Virus record (IMG/VR): IMGVR_UViG_3300037840_000188
Coordinates: 64,001-128,000 of that record
Length of the DNA: 64,000 nt
From: a virus
Strand: one strand, 5' to 3'
Shown here: one piece after another, positions 47,223 through 57,642 of the stretch
How positions within the stretch are numbered: position 1 is the stretch's first letter
Layout of the letters: every line of letters starts with the position of its first letter
Position numbers and translations under genes: made by a program
The notes under the pieces: model-generated
The model's database searches: none
What the model saw: the letters and a program-made list of their open reading frames with translations, nothing else
Told to the model about the DNA's origin: nothing

Positions 47223-47444
47223 ATGACCACCCAGACCCAGACCCCCGCCGAATGGCTGGCGGAATAGTTCGAATACGAGTATTGCGCCGAATGCGGCGGG
47301 GACGCGGAGCACCATACCGTTATCGGAGTGCTTGGCAATTACTTCGCGCGCTGCGATTATCCGCCATCGGAGGCTACGGGATTGGGGTTTGATCCGGTCA
47401 TCGTGGAATACAGGGCACAGAAAGAGAAGGCGACTTCGATCTGA
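47223..47444 (+). CDS. Zn-binding small protein with internal in-frame TAG (47265-47267)
   Basis: MTTQTQTPAEWLAE*FEYEYCAECGGDAEHH...; ATGA-coupled to upstream gene. Confidence 0.6.
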
Positions 47445-47471
47445 TGGCGAAGGAAGGGGATATTTAAGCGA

Positions 47472-47861
47472 ATGTCGACACGTTGCACGACTCATTTTAA
47501 GTACGGCGAACGCACGGCAGCAGTTGTCTTCCGGCATACCGACGGCTATCCGTCAGGCGCGGGCGTCGACCTGCGTAAGTTTCTGGTCGAATGTAAGGCG
47601 CTGGAAGATAGCAGACTAAGCGACCCCTCAATGCTGGCCGCAAGATATGTGGTTTACCTTGCGGATATGTTCAGGGAGCACGGTGCGTCGCGGTTAAACT
47701 TTCTCTCGGTGCGAGTGATGATGGACGATTCTGGAGACGCTCAGTATCGGTATGTCATCGACTGTGCAAAAATTGACGCGGACGGCCTGCCGGAGCTGAC
47801 CTGCCTGAGTGTTTACGACGATCACAAAGAGGTAGCGATACCGAAGGCGGTCGCACTATGA
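47472..47861 (+). CDS. conserved phage early protein
   Basis: MSTR...FRHTDGYPSGAG...YRYVID. Confidence 0.75.
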   Translation: MSTRCTTHFKYGERTAAVVFRHTDGYPSGAGVDLRKFLVECKALEDSRLSDPSMLAARYVVYLADMFREHGASRLNFLSVRVMMDDSGDAQYRYVIDCAKIDADGLPELTCLSVYDDHKEVAIPKAVAL

Positions 47862-48469
47862 CCGACGCCCTGATAGCAGGAGTCTGTTTCGCGGCCATGA
47901 TAATCGCGGTTATCATTGGGACAAGGAAGGAGTACTGATGCGCGCGTTAATACTCGGCTGTTTTCTATGCGCCTCTGCGCTGGGATGCGACTACACCCCT
48001 ATCGGCGACAACTGGCGGGAAATCAAGACCGCGCCTCACGTCAGCACGGTCGAGCTGTTCGATGCGACCCAGCCGTGGTATGGCCTTTACAGGTGGCGTG
48101 CTGGCCGGTGGGATCGGATAAGCGCGGGCGGCGATGGGCATTGGCGAATTAAAGAGAGCGGGTGTTTGTTCTGGCGTCCTTACGTTGGACGACTCGCGGA
48201 GTATAAAGATCCTACCGGCGGCGGGCAAGTGGGAAACCATCGACGGGATGCCGTGGGAATGCCGGGAACGAAGCGCACCGAAGCCATCAAAGAATTACGT
48301 TCTCGCTGAGGCCGGGAAGATGTTCATCAGGAAGGGCAGGGCGACAAGCGTGACGGCGGCTAAGCCTGCCTGCCTGTAGGTGATCTCTGGGCGCGAGTCG
48401 GGCGGCTTGCCCGACGCTGCAAGCAAAGCATTTGGTTTTGGTGTTTGAGTAGGGGAGGTAGAGAGGGAA

Positions 48470-48868
48470 ATGGAATTCGACACGAAAGAACTGGAGCGGC
48501 TGGAGGCAAAGGCCGCTTTGGACTTACAAGCTCATCGTATAGCCGAAAAGACGTGGCGTGAAACCTCGGAGGCGGAGGCATCTGAGCGATCGCGGCTACG
48601 CGCTCTCGGATATGGATCACCGTTTCCGCTTGGGAGCCGCGTTATCAAAACCTCATGGGGAAGAAAAAGCAAATCCATTAAAGGTGTCGTCGAATGCATG
48701 ACAAATGAGAATCGCCGCACTTATGCCGAAAACGGCGGCTCTGGTCATGGCGGTGTATTCGTGGTGCGTCATCTAAAGGCCGATGGAACACCCGGGATTG
48801 CGTTCACTTCGCTTGATCGGTGGGAGTTGGGGAATTGGTCGCTCGTGAAGTCCGAGGTATCTGCATGA
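48470..48868 (+). CDS. hypothetical protein
   Basis: ORF track, RBS. Confidence 0.65.
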   Translation: MEFDTKELERLEAKAALDLQAHRIAEKTWRETSEAEASERSRLRALGYGSPFPLGSRVIKTSWGRKSKSIKGVVECMTNENRRTYAENGGSGHGGVFVVRHLKADGTPGIAFTSLDRWELGNWSLVKSEVSA

Positions 48869-49608
48869 CCCCTCCAAAGACACCGCAGGCCGAAAGAGAT
48901 CCGCGAGTTAACCCGCGCGTCGGTGATGTCTGCTCGTTTCGGGACAAGCCGAGTCGAACCGTGACCAAGCGATTCACCGACGCCTGCGGCTCTGAATGGG
49001 TGGACTACACGATCACAAAGCAGATTCGCCTCGAAGGATGGAAGCGGACGATGAAGAACAGCCGCGTTTGGGTGGTTTCGGTATGAGCCAGTCTACCCGC
49101 AGGGAGCAGCACACGCCGAACCGCTTCCGCATTATCTTCAACGGCGAAGAGTATCGAGTTTCGATTCCGAACTACGAGGGCGGCGAGGTTGTTACGGCTG
49201 AGATCGCCGATCAGATGCTGGTGGCACTAAAATCCATCAACGAATGGATACTCGATACCGGACATCCGATTGAGCGTCGGGATTTGTGGAACGCGAAGTT
49301 TTTGAAGGCTCACGATCTCGCCGCCGCTGCGATCAAGAGAGCAGAGGGTACAGCCCGATGAGACAACCAAAACCGAAGATTGAGATCCGCGTCGGCCAAG
49401 TGTGGCGGGACAAGGACCGCAGACGGCAAGAGGATGGGAATGTGCGCGAGATGACGGTAGCCTTCGTAAACGAGACAATGATAACCGTTGATGTCCATCA
49501 CGGACAGGAGCCGGAACTCGACTGGCGCACGATGTTTCAGCGCTCACGTTTCGGCTCAGGCCGCGCGAACGACAGTTTTGAGCTTGTTTCTGAACCGGAG
49601 GCCACGAA

Positions 49609-50755
49609 GTCAACGACTATCGACCGAAAGTCGATAGCTTGTCCCGCCCGCTGAAAGCGGGCTGAAGACGTTCGGCGCGTTGACGTTGCGCCCTGCGGCG
49701 GTGATTTGCCGCAGCGTTGGTATCTGCATGGGCCTCGTGATGGCACGAGACGCAGCGGAACTTAGACTGGCTGGAGCGGTTGGATTTTGAGATATGACTG
49801 CAACGATTACATTCGCGGGACGAGTTTCGGGGATCGGTCACCTCGACCGGCACGCCCCCAATTCCAGCTTTGTAAGCCACGAACGATCTCAATTGCCTGA
49901 ACGCCCAACTTCGCAGAACTACCCGTTGCGACTTCCTAACCTTTACCCGGTCGAGAATACCGCCAAGTTCTTCGATGGCGATACCCCGACCAGTGCCTTT
50001 GGCTGTCGCAACGATCTGTTTGGATATGCAATGGTTAATGTCACGAGCAAAACGCGATTCTTTGCCCGCCAATTTACGAAGACGACGGCGTGCCGACTTC
50101 GTTTGAAGCTTCTGGAGTTTGGTTCTCAGTCGGCGCTGCCGATGCCGCACGGCTTTGACCGGCTTACCGCTGTAGTGCTTTCCGTCCGAGTCGCTGGCGA
50201 TATTAGTAATCCCGAAGTCGACGCCAAGGAAATCATCGGCGTCTCTCGGTTCGGGCTCCTCAACGTTACACGTGGCTGTCAGAAACCAGTTGCCGCGATG
50301 GAAGAGAAGATCAGATTCGCCCTGGCGGGATGCGAGCAGCGCCAGCTGCCTCTCTCCTGCGACAAAGTTGCATTTTATGCGCCCGTCGAGAGTGCTTATG
50401 GAAACTGTCTTCTTATCGACATGCCACGTCAGATTTCGGTCGTCGAATGCGAGGCTACCGAGCGGCTTAAATCGCCGCTTTGTTTTCTTGTCGAGCTTAT
50501 ATGCGTCCGCGACCTTCGCTGTGCATCGGACGGCCACTTGGGCTGGAATTCCGAAGGTCTCTCGCAGTTCTCGGTACGAGAGTTTCTGGAGCGCGTATTG
50601 GGCAAACGTCTTCTGTTTCCACGCTTGATCGCTCAGCCAATTGCAGGCTTTATTTGCCGTGCGCAGTAACTTATCGAGAGCCATCCGTTGCGCGGCGTCG
50701 GGGAGCAATTTAACTTTTGCGGAAAGCTTCAATGATCCAGTATAATCAAGTATTG
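49609..50755 (-). mobile_element. IS200/IS605-family (IS1341-type, tnpB only) element
   Basis: Right end hairpin CTATCGAC-TTTCG-GTCGATAG then TTGAC; left end preceded by TTCAT; removal restores GGAGG-N7-ATG and an ATGA junction. Confidence 0.75.
49617..50732 (-). CDS. tnpB: TnpB RNA-guided endonuclease
   Basis: GVDFG, IAIEEL, CNRC...CVSC, ADTNAA; probable TTG start. Confidence 0.92.
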   Translation of the reverse strand: MKLSAKVKLLPDAAQRMALDKLLRTANKACNWLSDQAWKQKTFAQYALQKLSYRELRETFGIPAQVAVRCTAKVADAYKLDKKTKRRFKPLGSLAFDDRNLTWHVDKKTVSISTLDGRIKCNFVAGERQLALLASRQGESDLLFHRGNWFLTATCNVEEPEPRDADDFLGVDFGITNIASDSDGKHYSGKPVKAVRHRQRRLRTKLQKLQTKSARRRLRKLAGKESRFARDINHCISKQIVATAKGTGRGIAIEELGGILDRVKVRKSQRVVLRSWAFRQLRSFVAYKAGIGGVPVEVTDPRNSSRECNRCSHISKSNRSSQSKFRCVSCHHEAHADTNAAANHRRRAQRQRAERLQPAFSGRDKLSTFGR

Positions 50756-51025
50756 ATGAAAAAAGCAAATCTCGACGGAAACTGGCAGTCGATGGGCGAC
50801 GAGAAGTTGGATGCCGTAGCCGCTGCCTTGGGCTGGGAAGATCCCGCTGGCTGCACGTCTGAGGCGAAGCAATGAGCGACCGCCTGAAAGGCTGCATTGT
50901 CAGTTTCGACCACGATATCCGCGAAGACGACGCCGAGTTTTACCTAAACGCCATCCGTGCAATAAAAGGGAATTATATACATAATTTCCCTTGACTCCTT
51001 TGGGGTAATCATCTACTATTGAGAC

Positions 51026-51349
51026 ATGGAGAGCAACACAATGACCTGCGAAAAATGTACCGAACAGATAACAATTCACGCCGACGGCACGGCTGCTTGC
51101 GGATGCGAACTTCGGAGTTTGGCCGAGTTGCTGGCGGGTAAAACCGACCCGGCGGGATGGGACGCGGAACTGGTGACGCGGGACGCGGCGAAAGAAGTCC
51201 TGATGTCCGCAATCGACGATGAAGAGTTGGCCGATTTCGTCCACGAATCGGTGGATGAGCCTGCTGTGCTTCTTCGTGCCAAGGGCGACATCGAACTCGC
51301 TATATCTTTGTGCCAGGCAGCTCTGGCCGATTTTAAGGCGGAAGCGTAA
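51026..51349 (+). CDS. IS passenger protein
   Basis: Inside TIRs, abuts transposase. Confidence 0.65.
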   Translation: MESNTMTCEKCTEQITIHADGTAACGCELRSLAELLAGKTDPAGWDAELVTRDAAKEVLMSAIDDEELADFVHESVDEPAVLLRAKGDIELAISLCQAALADFKAEA

Positions 51350-52273
51350 ATGTCGAAATCCACCATCTCCACCTTCCAACTTTTCGCGCTGTTTCCCGAC
51401 GAGGAGACGGCGCGAAAATATCTGGAGGGCCGTCTGTGGCCCAACGGGCTGGTTTGCCCGCAGTGCGGTAATGCCGCGTTGCTGACGCGCCCAAACGGCT
51501 TCTTTCGCTGCAATCCGTGTGGGAAGTACACGTTTTCTGTGCGCGAAGGCACAATCTTCGGACGCTCGAAGATCCCACTGCACAAGTGGATTTACGCGAT
51601 GTATCTGCTGGTCACCGCCCGCAAGGGCATCAGCAGCCTGCAACTCGCAAAAGAGATCGGCGTCACCCAGAAATCCGCGTGGTTCATGCTTCAGCGCCTG
51701 CGGGAGGCGTGCGGAGACTCTGACGACATCGACAAACTGCGCGGCGATATTGAGATCGATGAATGCTTTGTGGGCGGGAAAGAGGCCAACAAGCACGAGC
51801 GGAAGAAGCTCCACGCGGGACGAGGCGCGGTCGGCAAAGTCGCAGTACTCGGAATGCGGGAGCGCGGCGGCAGGACGCGGGCGCAAGTCATCGACCAGCG
51901 CACCATCGAGACGATCCAGGGCGCGATTCACGCTGGCGTTGAGGTTGGATCGCAACTCTACACCGATGAGCACGTAGCGTATACGGATCTGGACGGCCTG
52001 TTCTTCCGTCACGAGACAGTCAACCACGGCGCGGGAGAATACGCGCGGGGCGAAGCTCACACGAACAGCATTGAGAGCGTCTGGGCGGTCCTGAAGCGCG
52101 GGCTGCATGGCGTCTACCACCACGCCAGTCCGAAGCATCTCAGCCGATACGTTGACGAGTTCACATTTCGGCTGAACGAGGGCAAGGTGTCCCGGCACAG
52201 TCTGGAGCGGCTCGCGTCGTTTGTTGATCGCGTGGCGGGTAAGCGGATCACCTATGCGGAGGTCATCGCATGA
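51350..52273 (+). CDS. IS1595-family DDE transposase
   Basis: CPQCG, IEIDECFVGG, LYTDE, HTNSIESVWAVLKR, FRLN. Confidence 0.95.
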   Translation: MSKSTISTFQLFALFPDEETARKYLEGRLWPNGLVCPQCGNAALLTRPNGFFRCNPCGKYTFSVREGTIFGRSKIPLHKWIYAMYLLVTARKGISSLQLAKEIGVTQKSAWFMLQRLREACGDSDDIDKLRGDIEIDECFVGGKEANKHERKKLHAGRGAVGKVAVLGMRERGGRTRAQVIDQRTIETIQGAIHAGVEVGSQLYTDEHVAYTDLDGLFFRHETVNHGAGEYARGEAHTNSIESVWAVLKRGLHGVYHHASPKHLSRYVDEFTFRLNEGKVSRHSLERLASFVDRVAGKRITYAEVIA

Positions 52274-52551
52274 GCGAGACTCCCAAGGTGCCAGAGCTGC
52301 TCGATTTGATCGTTGACAAGGTGCTGGCATACAAGCCGAAGCCTGTGAGCGTGGCGCAAAAGCGTCTCGCCCGAAAAGCGAAGAAGGCAAAGGCGAAAGA
52401 TCAATGTGGGAAATCATCTATATAATTCCCCAATAAAAGGCGTCGTAGATGTGAAGCCGGTACTTGCCGACACGGACGACTGGATAGTACGGTCGCGAGT
52501 ACGACGTGATGTCAGTATGAAGCTATACGACGCCATCAAGAGCATTACCGA

Positions 52552-52896
52552 ATGACCCCCGACCCTCAGTCTAAATCCGAAGCCCGCGAAATGTGGCGCG
52601 AGCTGGAGAGCGCCCCGCGTGAGAAGGAGAGCGCCCCGCGACCACGCCAGATCGAGCGCCCCAACACCGGTTCGCCGTTCGATCTGATGAACGAGGCTCA
52701 CGACATTGAAATCACCCGAGTTATCGAGCACTACGAGGGCGCTGTACAGCACCTGGAGAATCGCATTATCGAAGCCGAGATCGAATGCGAGGATATGCGG
52801 GAGGAAAAGACGCGACAGAAGCAGAAAATCGACCGCCTGTGGCTCGGCATCTTCGCGGCGGGGTTGTTTATTTGCTATCTGGTGGGGAAGTCATGA
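52552..52896 (+). CDS. coiled-coil protein with C-terminal TM
   Basis: ORF track. Confidence 0.6.
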   Translation: MTPDPQSKSEAREMWRELESAPREKESAPRPRQIERPNTGSPFDLMNEAHDIEITRVIEHYEGAVQHLENRIIEAEIECEDMREEKTRQKQKIDRLWLGIFAAGLFICYLVGKS

Positions 52897-53113
52897 CTTG
52901 GGAGCACCAAACAGAGACCGAAAAGTACGGCGAGAGTTGGCGACTTCGGGACGCCGAGCTACCCTTGGCGCTGGTGGTCAAGCACCACGAAAAACTGTAT
53001 AGCGCCTGCATTTATTCGCTGGGTAAAAGCATCAAGGTCGGCGATGTTTACAGTTCGGCTGGCGGCGCGAAGGCCGCTTGCGTGAAGCGGTTGAGGAAGG
53101 CGGGGGTAATTAC

Positions 53114-53509
53114 ATGAAGTACAGATACGAATATAACGGCAATACCGAATACGTGACTCTGCATCTGACGGAGGCACTCATATCCTGTGATTTTCTGTCA
53201 AAATTTGCGAGTAATGCAACCGCTGAGGATAACTTTCGCCTCGGCCTCTTCGAAGTGGTTAAAGGGGTTACGGATATCACTTTACGGCGATATTCGGTAA
53301 CTGCCAAGCGCGGCGCAGCGTTTGATCGGGATGCGATTCTTGATAGTCTTCTTGAGATCGCCAGGATGATCTTTTCGTGGGAAGAGTCATGGACTGCTCT
53401 ACCCACCCTGCGGAGTGATATCAACTATCACATGTGCGAGCAATGCGTGGCCGAGCGAAACCGGGAAGCCGCCATCGCGATGCGGGACTTCGATGCGCTG
53501 GATTACTGA
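53114..53509 (+). CDS. hypothetical protein
   Basis: ORF track. Confidence 0.55.
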   Translation: MKYRYEYNGNTEYVTLHLTEALISCDFLSKFASNATAEDNFRLGLFEVVKGVTDITLRRYSVTAKRGAAFDRDAILDSLLEIARMIFSWEESWTALPTLRSDINYHMCEQCVAERNREAAIAMRDFDALDY

Positions 53510-53510
53510 T

Positions 53511-53873
53511 ATGACCACTGAACAGATCCAAGCCTGGCGTGCTGCCGCCGAGGCTGACGGCTGGGAAGTTAATCCGACCTATAGCCATGAGCCAGTCGAC
53601 CGGGCTGCAACAATGTCGCGCGAAGGTTTTCAGGCGCAGGCCATCACGCGCGGCAATCGCGGGGACGAACTGACAATCTGGGGTCCTGACAAGCTTCAGG
53701 TGACCGTACCTGACGCGTATTTATGGGCCACGCTCACGGAGAACCTGAAGCGGTGTATGGAGTGCGCTCGGGTAGTAGCGCACGTTCAGCGCGTTGGTTT
53801 TGCTGGCCGATGCTGCGATGCGTGTTTGCCTAGCGCGCGGAGACGGGATGAGTTTCCGGGGTGGACGAGGTGA
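53511..53873 (+). CDS. hypothetical protein with C-terminal Zn finger
   Basis: CMECA...RVGFAGRCCDAC. Confidence 0.6.
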   Translation: MTTEQIQAWRAAAEADGWEVNPTYSHEPVDRAATMSREGFQAQAITRGNRGDELTIWGPDKLQVTVPDAYLWATLTENLKRCMECARVVAHVQRVGFAGRCCDACLPSARRRDEFPGWTR

Positions 53874-53885
53874 GGGAGAGGGATT

Positions 53886-54269
53886 ATGGCGGAACTGAGT
53901 TGGAAAGCAAGACGAAACGGCGCAATCTACTGCGCACCTGCATGTGGCGCTCGCTGCACATGGGTCGCGCATCAACGGGCCGTGAAGGATGCGACAGCAC
54001 TAGCGAGGGAGCTTGGTAAAGGATGGAGCCCGCGCGTTCATGAGAACCTCGGGTGGCATTTCAGCGCGACTCGCGGCAAGGGATACTGTACCGTCTATCG
54101 CCATGGTAGAAACTATACGGCCTATATCGGTCCGAATCAACCCGGCGGTTGGTGGGTCGGTAGTGGCAAGACCGCGATTGAAGCGGTGCGTGATGGAGTT
54201 CGGCAGGCGCAGGATGAACTTGCGGAAATCAAGGCGGTAGTGGAGTTTGTCGAAGGAATGGCGGCATAA
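53886..54269 (+). CDS. conserved phage protein
   Basis: YCAPACGARCT...W.PRVHENLGWH. Confidence 0.7.
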   Translation: MAELSWKARRNGAIYCAPACGARCTWVAHQRAVKDATALARELGKGWSPRVHENLGWHFSATRGKGYCTVYRHGRNYTAYIGPNQPGGWWVGSGKTAIEAVRDGVRQAQDELAEIKAVVEFVEGMAA

Positions 54270-54270
54270 A

Positions 54271-54726
54271 ATGAGCCTCGATGTTTACCTGACATCCGAA
54301 GAGCCGGTCGCTGCGCCAGTGGGGCAGAGCGGTATTTTCATCCGGCATGAAGGGCGCACGGTGGAAATTACCCGCGACCAGTGGAATCTCATGAATCCTG
54401 GACGCGAGCCACTGTTCGCGCAGTCCACCGAAGAAACTACCACTTTATTCAGTTGCAATATCACTCACAACTTGGGGCGCATGGCTCGGGCGGCTGGTAT
54501 TTATGAGTTTCTATGGCGTCCCGAAGAAGTCAGCGTAACGCGAGCGGCACAGCTTATCGAGCCGCTACGAGCAGGATTGCGGCGGTTGGCCGTAGATCCG
54601 GATCGGTTCCGCCAGTTCAATCCTGCTAACGGCTGGGGCAATTACGAAGGGCTGGTGGACTTCGTGGGTAGGTATCTGACGGCATGTGAACATTGGCCCG
54701 AAGCCCTTGTGAGGGCTAGCCGATGA
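54271..54726 (+). CDS. conserved phage protein
   Basis: MSLDVYL...NITHNLGRMA...NPANGWGNYEGLV. Confidence 0.75.
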   Translation: MSLDVYLTSEEPVAAPVGQSGIFIRHEGRTVEITRDQWNLMNPGREPLFAQSTEETTTLFSCNITHNLGRMARAAGIYEFLWRPEEVSVTRAAQLIEPLRAGLRRLAVDPDRFRQFNPANGWGNYEGLVDFVGRYLTACEHWPEALVRASR

Positions 54727-54805
54727 GCACCCCGCGCTACAAGCGCACCGATAAAAACTTCCATGACGATATACTTCACACAAGGCGTGTGGTAGCATTC
54801 GGCAC

Positions 54806-55549
54806 ATGGATTTCAAGCCAATACGTTTTATCGCCACTGTATGGAATCACTGGGAGGCGCGCTTTGGCACGACGTTCGCCGTGCTTCTAGCGGTTATGCA
54901 GGCAGTAATAGTCGCAGTGGCAGATCCGGTGAAAGTTCCTGAATGGATCAAAACATTTCCACCTCTGCTATGGCTATCCATAGGAGCGGTGCTTTTATTT
55001 TGGTCATGCTATGCAGCATGGAGGGACGTTGATACTAAACTTGCAGTACTCAAAGCGACTAACTCGAAGCCTAGCTTTTCGGGAAAGATAAAACTACTCT
55101 CGTTTGCTTCTGGTGGACCGAATAACGAGTCGTCAATTGTAACGGCTGTACTATCTCTGAATAATCCAACTGGTCCACCGAGTATCACTGAGGACTGGAA
55201 AATATCAGTCATTATTGGAGGTGAGGAGATAGTGAGCAAGGCGATTCTTTCTCCAAAGGGCGATATTCGATTGGGGTTCGCGTCGGACCCGCAAAAGAAC
55301 ATTATTTTGGGTAATGACAACTGGCTACCACGAGCCGGGAAGATAACTCCGATACCTTCTGGCGGCGGAATAGACGGATGGCTGATGGGTCTAGTGCCAT
55401 GCCGCAGGGAGATTCTACAGAGGGCAGGTAATATGGTCCGGATTAGATTTAACGACGTTACCGGATATGAACACACAATTGATGAACCAATAACCGGTAT
55501 AACCAGTGACCCCCTAGGGATGGATGGGTTACAAAATAAAACCTCCTAG
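54806..55549 (+). CDS. two-TM passenger protein, lower GC
   Basis: Inside TIRs; two N-terminal TM helices plus beta-rich domain. Confidence 0.7.
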   Translation: MDFKPIRFIATVWNHWEARFGTTFAVLLAVMQAVIVAVADPVKVPEWIKTFPPLLWLSIGAVLLFWSCYAAWRDVDTKLAVLKATNSKPSFSGKIKLLSFASGGPNNESSIVTAVLSLNNPTGPPSITEDWKISVIIGGEEIVSKAILSPKGDIRLGFASDPQKNIILGNDNWLPRAGKITPIPSGGGIDGWLMGLVPCRREILQRAGNMVRIRFNDVTGYEHTIDEPITGITSDPLGMDGLQNKTS

Positions 55550-56454
55550 GCGATGAGTTCCCTATACTCCATCTTCTCGGTCTGTACCAACCGCGTGAGC
55601 GTGTCACGGAACAGGAACGGATTCTCCCGGTTGTTGAAACGAAACTCAAACTCTTCAAGGTAACGATCCAAATGCTTCGCGCTCACCTGATGATAGGAAC
55701 CGACGATAGACCGTTTGAACAGCGACCATGCGCCCTCGATGCCGTTCGTGTGAACGTCTCCCCTGACCCATTCTTCCGCGCTGTGGTTCACGCTGTGGTG
55801 CTCGGTGTCTGCGTCCGCGATCCCCGAGTATCCGGGGTTGTCATCAGTGACAATGCGCGATGTATCCGGCTTCGTGGTTTCCGCTACGAAGGCGTGCAGG
55901 GCTTTCTTGTTGCCCCGCTTCTTTTGCTTCTCGACGCGCAGCCGAATCTGTCCGCCGCGTTCGAGCGCCCCGAGGACCATTGTTTTGTTGTCGAGGTTCC
56001 CGCTGCCTACGTGCCGCTTGTGTCCGCCTACATAGGTTTCGTCCATCTCAACCGTTTTACCGATCCCGCCGATCTTGGTAGGACTCACTTCGGTCATAGC
56101 CTTGCGGATGCGATGACAGAGGTACCAAGCGGTCTTATAGGCCACTTTGATCGACCGGCCCAACTGATTAGCAGAGATGCCTTTCTTTCCCTCGCACATC
56201 AGATACACAGCAAGAAACCACTTCCAGAGCGGAAGGTGAGTGTCATTGAAGATCGTACCGGCGGTTACGGAGAACTGGTAGCGGCATGAGTCACAGTCAT
56301 ACACTCCGCGTTCTGCGATGCGGGAGACCGTCGTCTTGCCCGGGCAACGCGGGCAACGCGCGCCAGTGGGCCAGCGCAGCAACTCCAGGTATTCACGGCA
56401 GGCATCATCATTACCGCCAAACTGTTCAACTAGAGCGACAAGGTTAGTTTCCAT
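55546..56454 (-). CDS. IS1595-family DDE transposase
   Basis: CPRC, VEMDETYVGG, IVTDD, HTNGIEGAWSLFKR, FRFN. Confidence 0.95.
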   Translation of the reverse strand: METNLVALVEQFGGNDDACREYLELLRWPTGARCPRCPGKTTVSRIAERGVYDCDSCRYQFSVTAGTIFNDTHLPLWKWFLAVYLMCEGKKGISANQLGRSIKVAYKTAWYLCHRIRKAMTEVSPTKIGGIGKTVEMDETYVGGHKRHVGSGNLDNKTMVLGALERGGQIRLRVEKQKKRGNKKALHAFVAETTKPDTSRIVTDDNPGYSGIADADTEHHSVNHSAEEWVRGDVHTNGIEGAWSLFKRSIVGSYHQVSAKHLDRYLEEFEFRFNNRENPFLFRDTLTRLVQTEKMEYRELIA

Positions 56455-56987
56455 GAAAAAGCCTCAGAAGCATCCCGAGAAAATGACGACCCCAGAGGTC
56501 ATCCGGCACCTGTTCCATCCCAAGGTTGTAGAGGAAATGGAAAGGCACTCGAAGGAACTCAATGGGAAGCCGTCAAAGGTAAGAAAGGTCGCCACTAAGT
56601 AAATTCTAGCGGATCACATACCATGTGTCAAGTATATAATCATGAAAACTTCCATGCCTGCTTGCTGTTGGCTGGAATTGGCTGTTGCGCCCTCATGTAT
56701 CTGGTTGTCAGGTGGGTAGGGTGAGATACAACAAGAAGCACTGGTCAAAGATTTACTTTAAAGTCGGGACCATGCCGGGAGATCATTACTTTGTCGCCAC
56801 GTCCGACCTGCCAAATATGGTCATCGGTGGGCATTTGACCATACGACGTGACGATGGATCGACAAATCCAGCGTATCAACATGGAGAATCAGTGTTGATA
56901 GACGAAATTCGGTCGATTGGCCCTAGGCAGATACTGTACGTAGTTGAGAGGATGTAAGCACCGCGCGGTGCCTGTCAAAATAGATTA

Positions 56988-57314
56988 ATGCCCCGAAAAA
57001 ATATATACACCTCTCGCTCCGAAGCCAACCGCGCCAACGTCCTGAAGCGCTGGTCTAAATTAACGCCAGCCCAGCGCCGTGTGCAGATGCAACCCGCTAT
57101 CGACGGACATACCGAGGAATCCCGCGCCATGGCCGGGACCGCCGGAGGGTGGGCGACAGCTCGTGGGATGACCAAGGCCGAGCGTCGCGAACGCGGACAG
57201 AAGGGCGGCGAAGCCCGAGGTGCGGCGTGGGCGAAATTAACGGCGGGTGAGCGTAAAAAGCAGGCGCAGGTTATGCGGGCTGGTCGGGCGAAGAAAAGCA
57301 ATAAGGCGGCTTGA
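56988..57314 (+). CDS. basic repeat protein (KGG-like)
   Basis: 3x (W.K)LT.A.R(R/K) repeat, GQKGGEARG. Confidence 0.6.
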   Translation: MPRKNIYTSRSEANRANVLKRWSKLTPAQRRVQMQPAIDGHTEESRAMAGTAGGWATARGMTKAERRERGQKGGEARGAAWAKLTAGERKKQAQVMRAGRAKKSNKAA

Positions 57315-57642
57315 AAAAGGAAGGTGTTTGATGCCTGAAGACTCTGTACCGGGATCGGCGGAAGCAATAAGGGAGATCGCGGAGAAGATCATGGGGTGGG
57401 GTTGCGCGGCCTCCATACCAGACGGGCAGATTATATTCGCCTACCCAGATGACGGACCAGCTATTCGCGCATTTGATCCCTACACCAACCCGGCCCACTC
57501 TATGCTTAGTGGCGTTAGTGGGTAGCTTCGAGACAGAGCCGGTGAGATGGTGGGAGCCGTGGTTCATCAGGGCCTTGGGAATTTGTTGGGGATGGATGAG
57601 TTTTCTTCTGTTTAGATATTCCTTTACCGGAAAGGAGATCAT

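Larger units (their letters stand above)
50968..52430 (+). mobile_element. IS1595-family element
   Basis: TIR GGGAATTATATACATAATTTCCC vs GGGAATTATATAGATGATTTCCC; TSD CAATAAAA at 50960-50967 and 52431-52438. Confidence 0.92.
50872..52555 (+). pseudogene. 70-aa phage gene interrupted by IS1595
   Basis: MSDRLKGCIVSFDHDIREDDAEFYLNAIRAIK | GVVDVKPV... rejoins in frame when IS and one TSD are removed. Confidence 0.75.
54762..56644 (-). mobile_element. IS1595-family element with passenger gene
   Basis: TIR CATGACGATATACTTCACACAAGG vs CATGATTATATACTTGACACATGG; TSD AAAACTTC at 54754-54761 and 56645-56652. Confidence 0.88.

Noticed and set aside
48215-48235. Programmed frameshift in the 47938 gene (also apparent frame switch near 8562-8570)
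   Set aside because: No clear slippery heptamer or stimulatory structure; indel error, decay or a deletion junction is simpler
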